Shown here piece after piece: positions 46,080-56,282 of a DNA stretch of 64,000 bases. Origin of the DNA: an uncultured virus (IMG/VR IMGVR_UViG_3300008110_000044) (lineage: Duplodnaviria > Heunggongvirae > Uroviricota > Caudoviricetes); IMG/VR virus record IMGVR_UViG_3300008110_000044; one strand, 5' to 3'. The notes beneath the pieces were generated by a model. The model was not told the origin of the DNA, ran no database searches, and saw nothing but the letters and a program-made list of their open reading frames with translations. Both the position numbers and the translations under genes were made by a program. Numbering within the stretch: the stretch's first letter is position 1; every line of letters begins with the position of its first letter.

Positions 46080-46431
46080 GTGTTATATTCAGCTTCTTCT
46101 TTTCAAAAAATTTATATATTTCACCAGTTAGATGCCCGGCAAGCCAAGCTTGTGCTTCTTCATCTGTTATATCTCTATCCTCAGTTACTCTTACTGCAGC
46201 ATGAAATAGTTCATGAGCTATAGTATTATGAGTAAGAAAGTCTTTGTGAAACAGAAGAAAATAACTATCTATACTGATCATTACAAGAGCACCTTCAGCT
46301 TCAGCACCAAAAGGTTCCTGAATCTTGTACTTCTTATAAAGGCGTTCAGCTTCTACAGCAACACTGTCTACGACAGAGATTACTAGTTTGCAACTGTACG
46401 TTGGTAGTTTTATAATGGTTTTTATTCTCAT
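46072..46431 (-). CDS. Small zincin-like (HExxH) protein
   Basis: IAHELFHAA...DEEAQAWL. Confidence 0.7.
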   Translation of the reverse strand: MRIKTIIKLPTYSCKLVISVVDSVAVEAERLYKKYKIQEPFGAEAEGALVMISIDSYFLLFHKDFLTHNTIAHELFHAAVRVTEDRDITDEEAQAWLAGHLTGEIYKFFEKKKLNITHG

Positions 46432-46436
46432 GCATT

Positions 46437-47303
46437 TTAGAACCCTTCGGTTGATTTAAACATGTCATAGTATCTAGAATACTGTGCCTTTCTATTAGTC
46501 TGCCACAGTTTATACATCTCTGCAAAGTCTGGAGTGTTAACTATAGACAATGCATTATTACGAGCTGCTCTAAGACGCTGCTCTACAAGCTGCATTCTTT
46601 GAGCTACATCCTCACCGTTAATATAGAGGTTTTCTAAAATACGCTGTTTCATTGCATACTCATAGTACTCATTAATCATTGGATGATCAAGTACTAATAG
46701 ATTACCACCATCGTCTTCTAATGCTCCCTGATAAGAAATAAATAGTCTACCCTCATCTAGGTTAGTGTAAATAAAACCATTCTTTATGTAACCAGCTTTA
46801 TCGCTGTCATTAGTAGCATCAATCTTTCCAGTAGAAGTAGCTATACGTATAGGTTCAAAAGAATCATATGTACGAGTTTCAAACTTGCGTTTTTCTACAA
46901 CCTGTACAAAAACCTTTTCACCAGTCTTGCATTCTACTGCATAAGTAGACTCACAAGCACAAGTCGGATCAGGTTGACCACATTTTTTACATAGATCTGA
47001 ACTAAGAATAATATTTTCAGTTTCTCTGCCTGACATTACTGGACTAGTTACAGTGTAACGTCCACACAGGTAGGCGTAGTTTAGCACATAAAAATCTTCA
47101 GGAAGCCTAGTCTTTTTATTCTCTATATCAAGAATCTTTTCTTTAGTTCCATGAATACGTAAACCCAGATCGTAGTTTACACGCTGGGCTACTTTAATAA
47201 GCTGACCTGGTTCTATCATGCCTTCATTGGCATAGACAGTAAAATCTGCGGATACTTCATCCAACAGTTGATCAAAGGTCCTATATTGCATTTCAGTTTT
47301 CAT
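46437..47303 (-). CDS. Tail tubular/ring protein
   Basis: LPEDFY, YIKNGFIYTNLDEG...ISYQG..ED..GNLLV.DHP...EYYEYA; position before the stabilisation gene. Confidence 0.75.
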   Translation of the reverse strand: MKTEMQYRTFDQLLDEVSADFTVYANEGMIEPGQLIKVAQRVNYDLGLRIHGTKEKILDIENKKTRLPEDFYVLNYAYLCGRYTVTSPVMSGRETENIILSSDLCKKCGQPDPTCACESTYAVECKTGEKVFVQVVEKRKFETRTYDSFEPIRIATSTGKIDATNDSDKAGYIKNGFIYTNLDEGRLFISYQGALEDDGGNLLVLDHPMINEYYEYAMKQRILENLYINGEDVAQRMQLVEQRLRAARNNALSIVNTPDFAEMYKLWQTNRKAQYSRYYDMFKSTEGF

Positions 47304-47974
47304 CGGCTAAGACTTTGTTTATCTGTCGCAGTATCAGCAGGAAGTTGTAGCATACCAACTAGATCTTTAAAAGTGTTACTTTCTATTTCCCCAAAAAGAT
47401 AGTCAGGTACGTTAAATGGAAGATCTGTCTTTTGAATACAGTTATCATCAGCACATGTAAAGGCTGAGATATCATCTTCAAAGATTCCTTCTATACGTAC
47501 AGCATCCCAATCGAGATCCGGGAAATACAAGTAGTCATTAAGATACCAGTAATACTTTGTCTTGTTATATTTAAAGTTCTTACTCTTACTCATTGCTAAG
47601 TAAGAAGTAGGATTAGTAATCTGTAGTTCTTCAGAGCCATCTAGAGAAGTTGTGCTTCTGATCAAAGGACCGTGATAACCTTGCATAAAGATTGGCATCT
47701 TTTCCTTTGTTCTTTTAATCTTACAATCAGACTTTATTCCAGTACAACATGCCTCTACTTTATCTACTTCTTTAAGTTCCACAAAATCCATAGTCTGGGC
47801 AATACCTGAAAATCCTAAAAGTTTATTTTTACTATCCTCACGTTTCATTAACCACTTTGTATGTTTTAATACAAAGGCGTAAATAGCCCTATCAGTTAAA
47901 AACGCGTCTTGTCTAACGGCTTTTACCTGAGTACGGATTCTTGAAATAATATTTCCTATGGTAGTTCTGGCCAT
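47300..47974 (-). CDS. Tail ring/adaptor structural protein
   Basis: YYWYLNDYLY...VRIEGIFED pattern; synteny within the crAss-like tail block. Confidence 0.65.
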   Translation of the reverse strand: MARTTIGNIISRIRTQVKAVRQDAFLTDRAIYAFVLKHTKWLMKREDSKNKLLGFSGIAQTMDFVELKEVDKVEACCTGIKSDCKIKRTKEKMPIFMQGYHGPLIRSTTSLDGSEELQITNPTSYLAMSKSKNFKYNKTKYYWYLNDYLYFPDLDWDAVRIEGIFEDDISAFTCADDNCIQKTDLPFNVPDYLFGEIESNTFKDLVGMLQLPADTATDKQSLSR

Positions 47975-48561
47975 GGTTGCTCTAAATTAAATTCATCATA
48001 CTCCTCAAGAAGCTGCTGAGTAAGATCTTCTTTATATTGTTTAAATTTCTGCTTACGAAAGATTCTGCTTATCCTTACAAGATTGTCTACCATCACATAT
48101 TTCTTCCACTCTTGAGGATAAGTTTTACCTAATGATCTTTTAAAATCTCTAACACCGGTAAATCCCCATAAGTCATTATGTTTAAACCGGTATTTAGTTT
48201 CGTAGTTTGTGTAGAATATCTTAGCCATGTAGTTATCTGAGTCCCAGTTCTGATGCTGTAATACAACACCATGCTGTATACTCTTTCCAAAATCTACATT
48301 GCTTTTCTTTCTTGGGCAAGTGCCTATAAAAATAAATCCCAATTGCTCTGGAAGTTCTACTCCATCTCTATCTGATATTACAGTATTCCAAACTTTACCA
48401 TTAAAGGTTGATATTACTTCCTTAAACTTATCTAAGGAAATAGAACCAAACCTAGGATTATCCTTTACAAACTGCTGATGAAAGTCAATGTTTGTAAAGT
48501 TTAGTTTCTTAGGTCTATACCTAGGAGCATTTAGATCTGGTTTTTTATAGGCTTTAGCCAC
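47956..48561 (-). CDS. IHF/HU-like DNA-binding protein (crAss-like)
   Basis: Basic protein, GVELPEQLGFIFIG, GTG start; precedes the ring genes as the IHF homologues of crAss-like phages do. Confidence 0.55.
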   Translation of the reverse strand: MAKAYKKPDLNAPRYRPKKLNFTNIDFHQQFVKDNPRFGSISLDKFKEVISTFNGKVWNTVISDRDGVELPEQLGFIFIGTCPRKKSNVDFGKSIQHGVVLQHQNWDSDNYMAKIFYTNYETKYRFKHNDLWGFTGVRDFKRSLGKTYPQEWKKYVMVDNLVRISRIFRKQKFKQYKEDLTQQLLEEYDEFNLEQPWPELP

Positions 48562-48566
48562 AATGA

Positions 48567-48625
48567 TCTACATTAATAATTTACGAAAAATCTATGAGGT
48601 TTCCTACTTAAACTTCTAGAGTTTA
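48567..48625 (-). promoter_or_regulatory. Conserved ~58-bp intergenic element, copy B
   Basis: TCTACATTAATAATTTACGAAAAATCTATGAGGTTTCCTACTTAAACTTCTAGAGTTTA, aligns with copy A. Confidence 0.65.
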
Positions 48626-49939
48626 AGCAGTATAGATAAACTCGGACACCTTACCTTTAGAACGGTCATGAATCTCCATAATAGCCTGACGCTTAGCTCC
48701 AGTGAACTTATTATGATAGTGCCAGTAATCTGACTTGGAAAGACTAGGTAACTGCTTTATGGCAAAACCATGAACCTCATTTTCGGTAATATATTCCATG
48801 GTCTTTTTTCTATGCCAGTGTCCGGTATAGCAGGTACGATAATGTGTTGATCCCCATTCCTGTGGAAACTCTGTAGCATATACCAGTGCTGTATTTTTAG
48901 AGTTTACATCTCCATGCTCAAAAGCAAAAAAGTTACTACCATAGGTAATAACTTTACGTTCAGCATATTCTACATCAAAAACTATATTTGAACTTCCTTT
49001 AAAGCATTTAGATAGAGCATGAGCCATATGATATGAGCTTAATCTATCATGGTTACCAGGAAGGTAAACTACATGAAGCTCTTCACAAAACTGCTTAATA
49101 AAGTTTATACTCCAATACAAAGAGTCAAATGCCACATTGTAAGCATCCTGAGCTCTAAGGTCGTTATCTACAGGAGTGCCCTTAGTAGTACTACCACTAA
49201 AAGTATCCATGTTTAAAAGATCTCCACCAAAGACATATACTATCTTATCTAAGTGATGACTCTTATACGACTTGTATATCAGAGTAGAAACAGCTTCACG
49301 GAAGTCTTTTGCTACAGTGTCATTTCCCTCCTTTCCAAAGTGAAGGTCCTGAATACTCAGAACCCCCACTGTAGGAAATGTGAATGTGTCATTCAAATGC
49401 ACCTCTGCAACGGGTGTATAACTAGGATTAAAATTATCTAGGGTTTCTTTTAAAAGGTCTTTAGCCTCTGTGGTCTTTTGAGTGACCATAGCTGAAATAA
49501 GCCAGTATTCTTTATGTTGTTTATTCCAGTAAGAAGATAGCTTCCATTTCTCAGTATCTATCTTTAGAATACGGATTATCTCTTCCGGACTCTTGGGTTC
49601 AGCAAACGCAACTCCTTTTATCTCAGCAGTACCTGTTTCCAGATTTTCTTTCCACTCAACTACTTTTTCTTTCTGCTGATTTATTGCTTCAACTAGCTGA
49701 TCTTCAAGCTGGGATATATATTGATTTTTAATAGTTTCATCATCAATAAGTTCCAGCATTCTTTTACCAGCTAAGTCAACCAAACTAGTATCTAGTTCAG
49801 TTTGTAAAAGCTCTCTAGTTTGTAAAATTTGTCTCTTGATTTCTTGGTATTTTTGTAAAGAAACACCTAACTTTGTGGCACAGAACTCATCAGTTTTTTT
49901 CCATCTGAGAGATCCATATACCAGGTGAATTAGACTCAT
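48623..49939 (-). CDS. Calcineurin-like metallophosphoesterase (Mre11/SbcD-like fold) with N-terminal extension
   Basis: DLHFGK, GGDLLN, PGNHD, EHGD and GHWH motifs. Confidence 0.85.
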   Translation of the reverse strand: MSLIHLVYGSLRWKKTDEFCATKLGVSLQKYQEIKRQILQTRELLQTELDTSLVDLAGKRMLELIDDETIKNQYISQLEDQLVEAINQQKEKVVEWKENLETGTAEIKGVAFAEPKSPEEIIRILKIDTEKWKLSSYWNKQHKEYWLISAMVTQKTTEAKDLLKETLDNFNPSYTPVAEVHLNDTFTFPTVGVLSIQDLHFGKEGNDTVAKDFREAVSTLIYKSYKSHHLDKIVYVFGGDLLNMDTFSGSTTKGTPVDNDLRAQDAYNVAFDSLYWSINFIKQFCEELHVVYLPGNHDRLSSYHMAHALSKCFKGSSNIVFDVEYAERKVITYGSNFFAFEHGDVNSKNTALVYATEFPQEWGSTHYRTCYTGHWHRKKTMEYITENEVHGFAIKQLPSLSKSDYWHYHNKFTGAKRQAIMEIHDRSKGKVSEFIYTA

Positions 49940-50023
49940 AGGGATTGGGTTGGGTATATGGTGTATAAAGTTAGTTTATTATTTAATATTAGTTATCTTT
50001 TTATACACATTATTTTAACATTT

Positions 50024-50061
50024 AAAAAAGTAAGCCCCCAGTATAGAAATACCAGGGGCTT
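50024..50061 (-). terminator. Intrinsic terminator after the tail-accessory cluster
   Basis: - strand AAGCCCCTGGTAT-TTCT-ATACTGGGGGCTT followed by ACTTTTTT; the G-U pairs work only on the - strand. Confidence 0.8.
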
Positions 50062-50105
50062 TGTTATGTCAGGGAAACCAACAAAACCACTGACTTTTTT
50101 ATTAA

Positions 50106-50870
50106 TTATTGAAACTGATTTCCTCCACCTCCACCACCAGCACAGTTCTGAGCTGTATTACAATCTCCAAAAAACCCAGTAGAGTTTCCTTCAGCCATGT
50201 GATTAACAACAGGACTGTTATCAGTTACATATCCATCTGCCACATGCAGGATTAAGTAAAGACCATTAATAAGTACTACTTTATTATTAAATACACCAGC
50301 AGCCAAAGGTTCAGGTGAACTTACTAAAGTATAGTTATAAACATATCCAGATACAGGATCGCCATTACAATTTTGACAACGTCCTGCATTATAGATATAA
50401 TATGTAGCAGCTGCTGATTGACAGGCTGTACAAGAATCATTTGCAGTTAGACCGGAAAGAACAACATCATAACTAGCAGGTGCTGGACTAAGTGTAGTTT
50501 CTACTCTCCAAGAATATCCACCATAATAATAGTGTTTACCTGCTGTTAATGTATTTGTAGAGAGAGCAGCATATGCACCATTTGTTCCTATCTGAGCACA
50601 ACTATTATCACAATCAAATTTAGATACCGTATAGTAATTATACGTTGGAGGAGTATAACTAACAGTTCCTGAAGCAGAAGTAGTACAAGATCCTGTTGAA
50701 GTAACAGTAATAGTTGGATACTCACTAAATATATCCATTCTATACCCAGCAAGTAATTGTGCTCTTGTAATACCTGATACAAGAGTATTATTATTATTGT
50801 CCTTTATTGTAAAAGGACCAGCATCTGTTCCTGCTGAAGATAAAGTTACAACTACGTCAAGTACTGGCAT
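50106..50870 (-). CDS. Cys/Thr/Ser-rich tail-associated structural protein
   Basis: TLSSAGTDAGPF N-terminus, beta-rich, paired Cys, poly-Gly tail. Confidence 0.6.
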   Translation of the reverse strand: MPVLDVVVTLSSAGTDAGPFTIKDNNNNTLVSGITRAQLLAGYRMDIFSEYPTITVTSTGSCTTSASGTVSYTPPTYNYYTVSKFDCDNSCAQIGTNGAYAALSTNTLTAGKHYYYGGYSWRVETTLSPAPASYDVVLSGLTANDSCTACQSAAATYYIYNAGRCQNCNGDPVSGYVYNYTLVSSPEPLAAGVFNNKVVLINGLYLILHVADGYVTDNSPVVNHMAEGNSTGFFGDCNTAQNCAGGGGGGNQFQ

Positions 50871-50881
50871 ATTAAATTAAA

Positions 50882-51820
50882 TTATAAACATGAAGATTGA
50901 TAAGCTCCTACAGCACCAGTTGAGGTGTTATAACTGTAGATAGCTGTTGGTGCTGTCCAGGTTGGTCCAATTTTATCTCTTACAAGAGTATTAGTAAAAG
51001 GTGTTGTGCCAGCAGCATTTTGGAATATAGAAAGAACTCCAAATATATTATTAGGATCAGGTAAATAGTATGCCGCTACAGGTGCACCAGCACAGCTTGC
51101 ACCAACAGTATTACTAAATACAAAACGTTCATCTGAATATAGTAAACCATTCTGACCTGGCTCTGGTACAAATTCAGCAACTGTTAAAGTACCTAGTGTA
51201 CAACTAAGTGCACTACCACAAGCCAAACTAACTGACCAAGCATCAAAAGGAGAATCAGCTACAGTAGAAACTTTTAAACTATAAGTCTTTGCAGAGTTAT
51301 ATGTAAAAACTAAAGTTCCTGAGTTAATAGTACTTCCTGAAGTTGTTACATCAGTACTATCAGTTACATTAAGTATAGTAAAGGTATTGTACCTAACTGC
51401 AGGATTATAAGAAAGTGTAATCTGGCTACCATTAGCTACGCCAGTAAAATCAATAGGAATATTAGGATAGTTATAAGCTCCGCTTCCAGAATAGTTTCCA
51501 GAAAATCCGCATCCACATTTAAGTTTGTATCCAACACCTGTAATGGTAGTAAGTGTAGCTGTACTAGTAACACTTCCACCACAAGAAGCCTGTACAGATA
51601 TTGTAAGATCATCACAAGCTGGAACATTAGATATTGAAACTGGAGAAGCTGTAGGATTAGGAGTAACTTGAGTATATGCACTATCTGCATCTGCCGATTT
51701 CTTCCATTTAACTATATATCCACCAGATGGTGCTGGGGTAGGTGCAGTAAATGATACGCTTACTGTTCTTGTATCAGAACAAGTAGTACATGAACCGGAG
51801 CCTGTTGGAGTAATTGCCAT
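50882..51820 (-). CDS. FN3-like virion surface protein
   Basis: VSFTAP...GYIVKWK...ISNVPAC...VQASC; paralogous to the 156-aa neighbour. Confidence 0.6.
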   Translation of the reverse strand: MAITPTGSGSCTTCSDTRTVSVSFTAPTPAPSGGYIVKWKKSADADSAYTQVTPNPTASPVSISNVPACDDLTISVQASCGGSVTSTATLTTITGVGYKLKCGCGFSGNYSGSGAYNYPNIPIDFTGVANGSQITLSYNPAVRYNTFTILNVTDSTDVTTSGSTINSGTLVFTYNSAKTYSLKVSTVADSPFDAWSVSLACGSALSCTLGTLTVAEFVPEPGQNGLLYSDERFVFSNTVGASCAGAPVAAYYLPDPNNIFGVLSIFQNAAGTTPFTNTLVRDKIGPTWTAPTAIYSYNTSTGAVGAYQSSCL

Positions 51821-51839
51821 TTATATCTATTTTTTACTT

Positions 51840-52310
51840 TTATGCTTGTACACCTAAGCAAACATTTCCTCTCATATATCTACCTCCACTTACTGTACCA
51901 TCTTGTGCACATACACTACGAGAAACCTGAGGATTAGTAGCAACATTATATACACTAGAAGCTTGACTTGCACCACATGGCGTATATGTATAAGTTGCTG
52001 TATCAAGAAGTTCAAATGTATAACATGCTGACGCTGATGATGTAATAGCAAAACTTACAGGATTACTTAGTGAACCACTTCCGCAATCTGCCTGAATAGT
52101 TCCTTCTATATTATAACAAGAAGGAATATTAGTAATATAAATAGGATTACCATATTTATTAGGCTCTGTAGTATAAGCAGTAGCTGAACCTGCAATTCTC
52201 CATTTTACTACGTAACCATTTTGTGGTTCAATAGCAGGAGAAACGTAAGTCAAAGTTAAAGTGCTATACGAGTTACAGCCTGGATCTAATTCTTGTGGAG
52301 GAAGTGCCAT
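51840..52310 (-). CDS. FN3-like virion surface protein
   Basis: LTYVSP...GYVVKWR...ITNIPSC...IQADC. Confidence 0.6.
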   Translation of the reverse strand: MALPPQELDPGCNSYSTLTLTYVSPAIEPQNGYVVKWRIAGSATAYTTEPNKYGNPIYITNIPSCYNIEGTIQADCGSGSLSNPVSFAITSSASACYTFELLDTATYTYTPCGASQASSVYNVATNPQVSRSVCAQDGTVSGGRYMRGNVCLGVQA

Positions 52311-52322
52311 ACATTATTGGTT

Positions 52323-52952
52323 TTATACTATTGTACCTGTTCCTGATACTTTTACAGGAGATGTCGCAAAAGCTTTAAAGGACTGAGGAAAGTTTTTTAA
52401 TACGTTTATAGTAAACTGCTGATGATTAGACCCTGTAGCTTTTACTACAGTTTGGCCACCACTAAGAGCAGTTGTTGGTGCACTTGATACAGTAAAGGTT
52501 GTAGCACTTGGAATAGAAAGAACTGTTGTGTTAGCTGCAAAAGCTCCAGTTCCGGCAGTTACTTCTACTGACATTCCTACTGCAATACCTGTTGTTGAAC
52601 CTACTGTAATAGTTGTTCCTGAACTAGTTGCTCCTGCTGTAGAAGTGTATACTGGTCCAAGATCTAAATATGTAACAACCAAAGGAGCTGGATTAGTTCC
52701 TGTTCCGGTATTAGTTGCAACATAAGTTTGCCTAGTAATAGTTGGACTAACTAGACCATTTAATACTTTATGCAATTTAAACAAGACAGTATTTAGTCTA
52801 TCACCATTTAAAATACCTAAAGCAGGTAAATTAGGACCTACAAAATTTGTACAGTCAGCTTTTATTAATTCCTCACAAGGTTCCCCACCAGGACAATCTG
52901 GTAAGGTTGTAGCATTTACTGGAGGACAATCCGCACAAGGATTACATGACAT
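52323..52952 (-). CDS. Tail/collar fibre-like structural protein
   Basis: Cys-rich N-terminus with GPNLPALGILNGD motif shared with the 410-aa protein; STTGIAVGMSV...GAF...TTV beta domain. Confidence 0.6.
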   Translation of the reverse strand: MSCNPCADCPPVNATTLPDCPGGEPCEELIKADCTNFVGPNLPALGILNGDRLNTVLFKLHKVLNGLVSPTITRQTYVATNTGTGTNPAPLVVTYLDLGPVYTSTAGATSSGTTITVGSTTGIAVGMSVEVTAGTGAFAANTTVLSIPSATTFTVSSAPTTALSGGQTVVKATGSNHQQFTINVLKNFPQSFKAFATSPVKVSGTGTIV

Positions 52953-52963
52953 ATTTTAACTTT

Positions 52964-54490
52964 TTATAAATTAATGTTTGATTCAAAATCTGCACTTAAA
53001 CTAGTTACTGGAGGACAAGGAACATATCCACAATCAGTACTATTACTTTCATATAAGTTTCCTGCTCTAGTTGTATTATAAGTTGCAGAACAAGGATTAG
53101 TATCTATTTCTTGATAATGCTTATTAACACCTACACAATTATAGTATTCAGATATACTTCTTTGTACCCAATTGGCAGTACTACTAGTTAAACTTAAACT
53201 AGAAGCTGTTGATGTTTCGCTACCACAAGTTCCTGTAACAACAACTCTATAAGTATATGTTATACTTGTTTCATTAGCAGCTAGAGTATAACTTGCAGAT
53301 GTAGCATTGGTTATATTATTCCACGAGTCACCATCGTTTCTTTGCCACTGATAGGTCAAACCTGATCCCGTTGCTACAACAGTAAATGTTGCATTAGCTC
53401 CATCACAAACAGTTTGATCATTAGGCTGTTGTGTAATAATAGTATTTGCTGTTATAGAAAGAGTACCTGCTGCTGATATTATTTCAGGACCACACGTACT
53501 ATTTACTTTTGCTCTATACTTCTTACTGCTATCTCCAGATGCTACAGTAAAAGAATAAGTTCCTGCTGTAGCACCTGTAATATTGTTATATGTAGTTCCA
53601 CCGTCAGTACTTACTTGCCACTGATAGGTAACATTTCCACCACCTGCTGTGACTCCAAAGGTTGCAGTACCACCAAGACAAGCATTATTATTTGCTGGCT
53701 CTACTGTAATATTTGTATCAGGTAGCAAACTAACTGTTACAGCATTTGTATCGACAGTAGCACATTCGTTTGTAGCTTTTAATTTATAGCTTCCTAAGTT
53801 AGTACCAGCATTTGCTATTACTAAACTCTGTGTAGTTACACCAGAATAATCACCAGTATTTGTAAGAGCTACAGTACCTTTGTACCATTGATAACTACAA
53901 CCAACACAAGTATATACAGCTGTTAGAGTAATTGTTTGATCATCACAAGCTGCTTGGTTTATAGGCTGTGTAGTTACCACAGGACTATTAGGTTTACTTG
54001 TAAAGGATACTGCTGAACATGCTTTTGTTATAGTATCAGCTTTAGAAATAACCTTTATCTTATATGCTGTTGATGCAGTCAACCCGGTAAAACTACCAGT
54101 TACTGTTGCTGCAGCAACTTTTGTTTGAGTAGATATAACAGCATCAGCATTGCTTAAAAGCTGAATATCATAGTTATTTACATCCCCTCCAACTTGAGCA
54201 AAAGAATAGTTTACTATTCCATCGCAAGCTGTTGTTACTGTAACTGGAGAAGGACAAGTTAAACTTGCAAACTCTATTACAGCTGAATCCTTTGGAAAAC
54301 CATCAGTACAAAAACCTTTTATCTTAAACTGTTGAATCTTATTATCGGCAACACCTACAACAGAGTAAGTAGTTGTTGAACCATCAAGTGTGGCAATCAG
54401 ATTCCAAGAGCCACTATATTTAGGTTTAAGATATAGTTCCTGTTGGTATGTTCCTGCGGCAACACTCCAAGTCAATGAAAAATTTGCCAT
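52964..54490 (-). CDS. Ig-like/FN3 multidomain virion surface protein
   Basis: Two FN3-like units then three Ig-like repeats ((Q/E)P...C...TF.V.A.G...YQW...YR..V...CG). Confidence 0.8.
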   Translation of the reverse strand: MANFSLTWSVAAGTYQQELYLKPKYSGSWNLIATLDGSTTTYSVVGVADNKIQQFKIKGFCTDGFPKDSAVIEFASLTCPSPVTVTTACDGIVNYSFAQVGGDVNNYDIQLLSNADAVISTQTKVAAATVTGSFTGLTASTAYKIKVISKADTITKACSAVSFTSKPNSPVVTTQPINQAACDDQTITLTAVYTCVGCSYQWYKGTVALTNTGDYSGVTTQSLVIANAGTNLGSYKLKATNECATVDTNAVTVSLLPDTNITVEPANNNACLGGTATFGVTAGGGNVTYQWQVSTDGGTTYNNITGATAGTYSFTVASGDSSKKYRAKVNSTCGPEIISAAGTLSITANTIITQQPNDQTVCDGANATFTVVATGSGLTYQWQRNDGDSWNNITNATSASYTLAANETSITYTYRVVVTGTCGSETSTASSLSLTSSTANWVQRSISEYYNCVGVNKHYQEIDTNPCSATYNTTRAGNLYESNSTDCGYVPCPPVTSLSADFESNINL

Positions 54491-54499
54491 AGGTGTTCA

Positions 54500-55732
54500 T
54501 TATGATAAGGTTGCAGTAACGCCAGTAATAATAGGACAAGGTGGAACAACAGTCTTCGTTGCAGTTTTATTACAAGTCTGACCACTCTTCACAAGACATC
54601 CTTCAACAGTTACTGTATAAGTAAGTGAAGGATTCAAGCTTGCTCCAGATACTGTAAATGTTACACCATCAGCATCTGAAACAGCTGCTACTAAATCCAC
54701 ATATCCAATAAAGGTATTATTTGCAGAGTCTTTAATAGTTACTTTAGATCCAAGTTGATTACAGTTTGTAAACCCAGAAGGAACTGTTAGTAAACCTTGG
54801 AAGAATAAAGTAACTTGAGTTCTAGCTTCGTTTGCAGCAGCATTGAAGTTAAGAACAAACTGAGAACAGTCAACAACGTTTGTAAGACTTTTAAGATCCG
54901 CAATAGCAGCTCTCATATCACAAACAGTAATCCAAAGATTCTGAAAAGACTGAGCCATATTAGATACTGTAGCATTCCAGCCTGTAAGACTACTTAGTGT
55001 ACCAGTTTGACTTAAAGCAGGTTGTGCTCCTAGTGCAGCACACTGTTGAGCAGCCGCAGCTGTAAGTGAAGCATTAGTTCCAAGTACAGCTCTTAAGTTA
55101 CAATACTGAGCTTCTAGTTCATCAAGAACCAGATTCATGTCAGTAGGAACATTAGGAGTAAGAATACAGTTAGGAGTTACTTTAGGTAGAGCAGCAGCTG
55201 TTGCATTTTCAAGAACAGTTACTCTTGTACCTAAACTAGTAATCTGAGAACCTTGAGTAGTTACAGTTGTCTTTAAATCACAAAACTGATTAGCAAGTCT
55301 TAAAGTTGCTGATCTGTGCTGTAACTGAGTAATAGTCTGACCTGTTGCAGGATCTGTAAACTGTAAACAAGAAGGAAGATTAATATTAGGTTCTGTATAA
55401 GAACCACCACCGCCAGGACTAATAGCATCAACTTTAGCATTTAGTCCACAAACCTTCTTAACAATATAATCCAATACTGCTAACAGGGTCTTCGTAGTTG
55501 GAGCAGGGCCAACAGAAGAGGCAAATGAGACCAGGCAAGATAAGTCCAGGGAGGACAGCCCAAGCTCTGCCTGTAAGGTACAGAGCTTTTCTGCTACCTT
55601 GTAGACTACGTCCGAAACAGTGTCACCGTTGCAGAGGTTAAGGCAGGCAATATCAGGGCCTTGCCAAATGACACAGTTAGAAGAAACAGGAGAACAACCC
55701 TGATCAGCAGTATTGGATTTTACAGGTAACAT
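54500..55732 (-). CDS. Cys-rich fibre/collar structural protein
   Basis: CVIWQGPDIACL.LCNGD motif, coiled-coil segments, C-terminal beta domain. Confidence 0.65.
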   Translation of the reverse strand: MLPVKSNTADQGCSPVSSNCVIWQGPDIACLNLCNGDTVSDVVYKVAEKLCTLQAELGLSSLDLSCLVSFASSVGPAPTTKTLLAVLDYIVKKVCGLNAKVDAISPGGGGSYTEPNINLPSCLQFTDPATGQTITQLQHRSATLRLANQFCDLKTTVTTQGSQITSLGTRVTVLENATAAALPKVTPNCILTPNVPTDMNLVLDELEAQYCNLRAVLGTNASLTAAAAQQCAALGAQPALSQTGTLSSLTGWNATVSNMAQSFQNLWITVCDMRAAIADLKSLTNVVDCSQFVLNFNAAANEARTQVTLFFQGLLTVPSGFTNCNQLGSKVTIKDSANNTFIGYVDLVAAVSDADGVTFTVSGASLNPSLTYTVTVEGCLVKSGQTCNKTATKTVVPPCPIITGVTATLS

Positions 55733-55756
55733 AATTATTTGGGTATCAATGAGTTA

Positions 55757-56254
55757 TTAACAATCTACAACATTAGCTTCACCAAAGAGATCTTGTAGTT
55801 TAGCTTTAAGTTTACCATAACCAAATGCAAAAATATCTACATCTTCAGCTTGTGACATATCTGGTACAATAGAGACAGTAGTTTGTTCTACATCCTGCTC
55901 TTGCATTTCAGTAACTATTCTTGTTTCCATGATTGGATTACCATCTGCGTCATTAGATCCAGTAGAAACTTCTCTTTCTACCTGTATAGGAACCATCTGT
56001 TTTACAATAGTTGTATTAGATACTTCTTTAGTCATAGGGCTATAAAGATTTTCTCCAATCTGTTGATTACGAGCAGTTCCCATTGTAGGAGAAGGATTAC
56101 GACCTAATCCAGGAATATCATTTTCTGACATATACAGTTCAACACGGAAATCAGCATTACCATATTTACTAATACGATAGTCTGAAATTCTAACATAAGC
56201 TTCTGAAGTTATACCTTTATCGGTACCAATTTGTGTAGTGATCTTAAGTGCCAT
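55757..56254 (-). CDS. Tail-fibre-associated hypothetical protein
   Basis: 165-aa ORF with its own upstream motif (56283-56299), in tail-cluster context. Confidence 0.6.
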   Translation of the reverse strand: MALKITTQIGTDKGITSEAYVRISDYRISKYGNADFRVELYMSENDIPGLGRNPSPTMGTARNQQIGENLYSPMTKEVSNTTIVKQMVPIQVEREVSTGSNDADGNPIMETRIVTEMQEQDVEQTTVSIVPDMSQAEDVDIFAFGYGKLKAKLQDLFGEANVVDC

Positions 56255-56282
56255 GGTTTATATAAGTTTAATGTTTACATAG

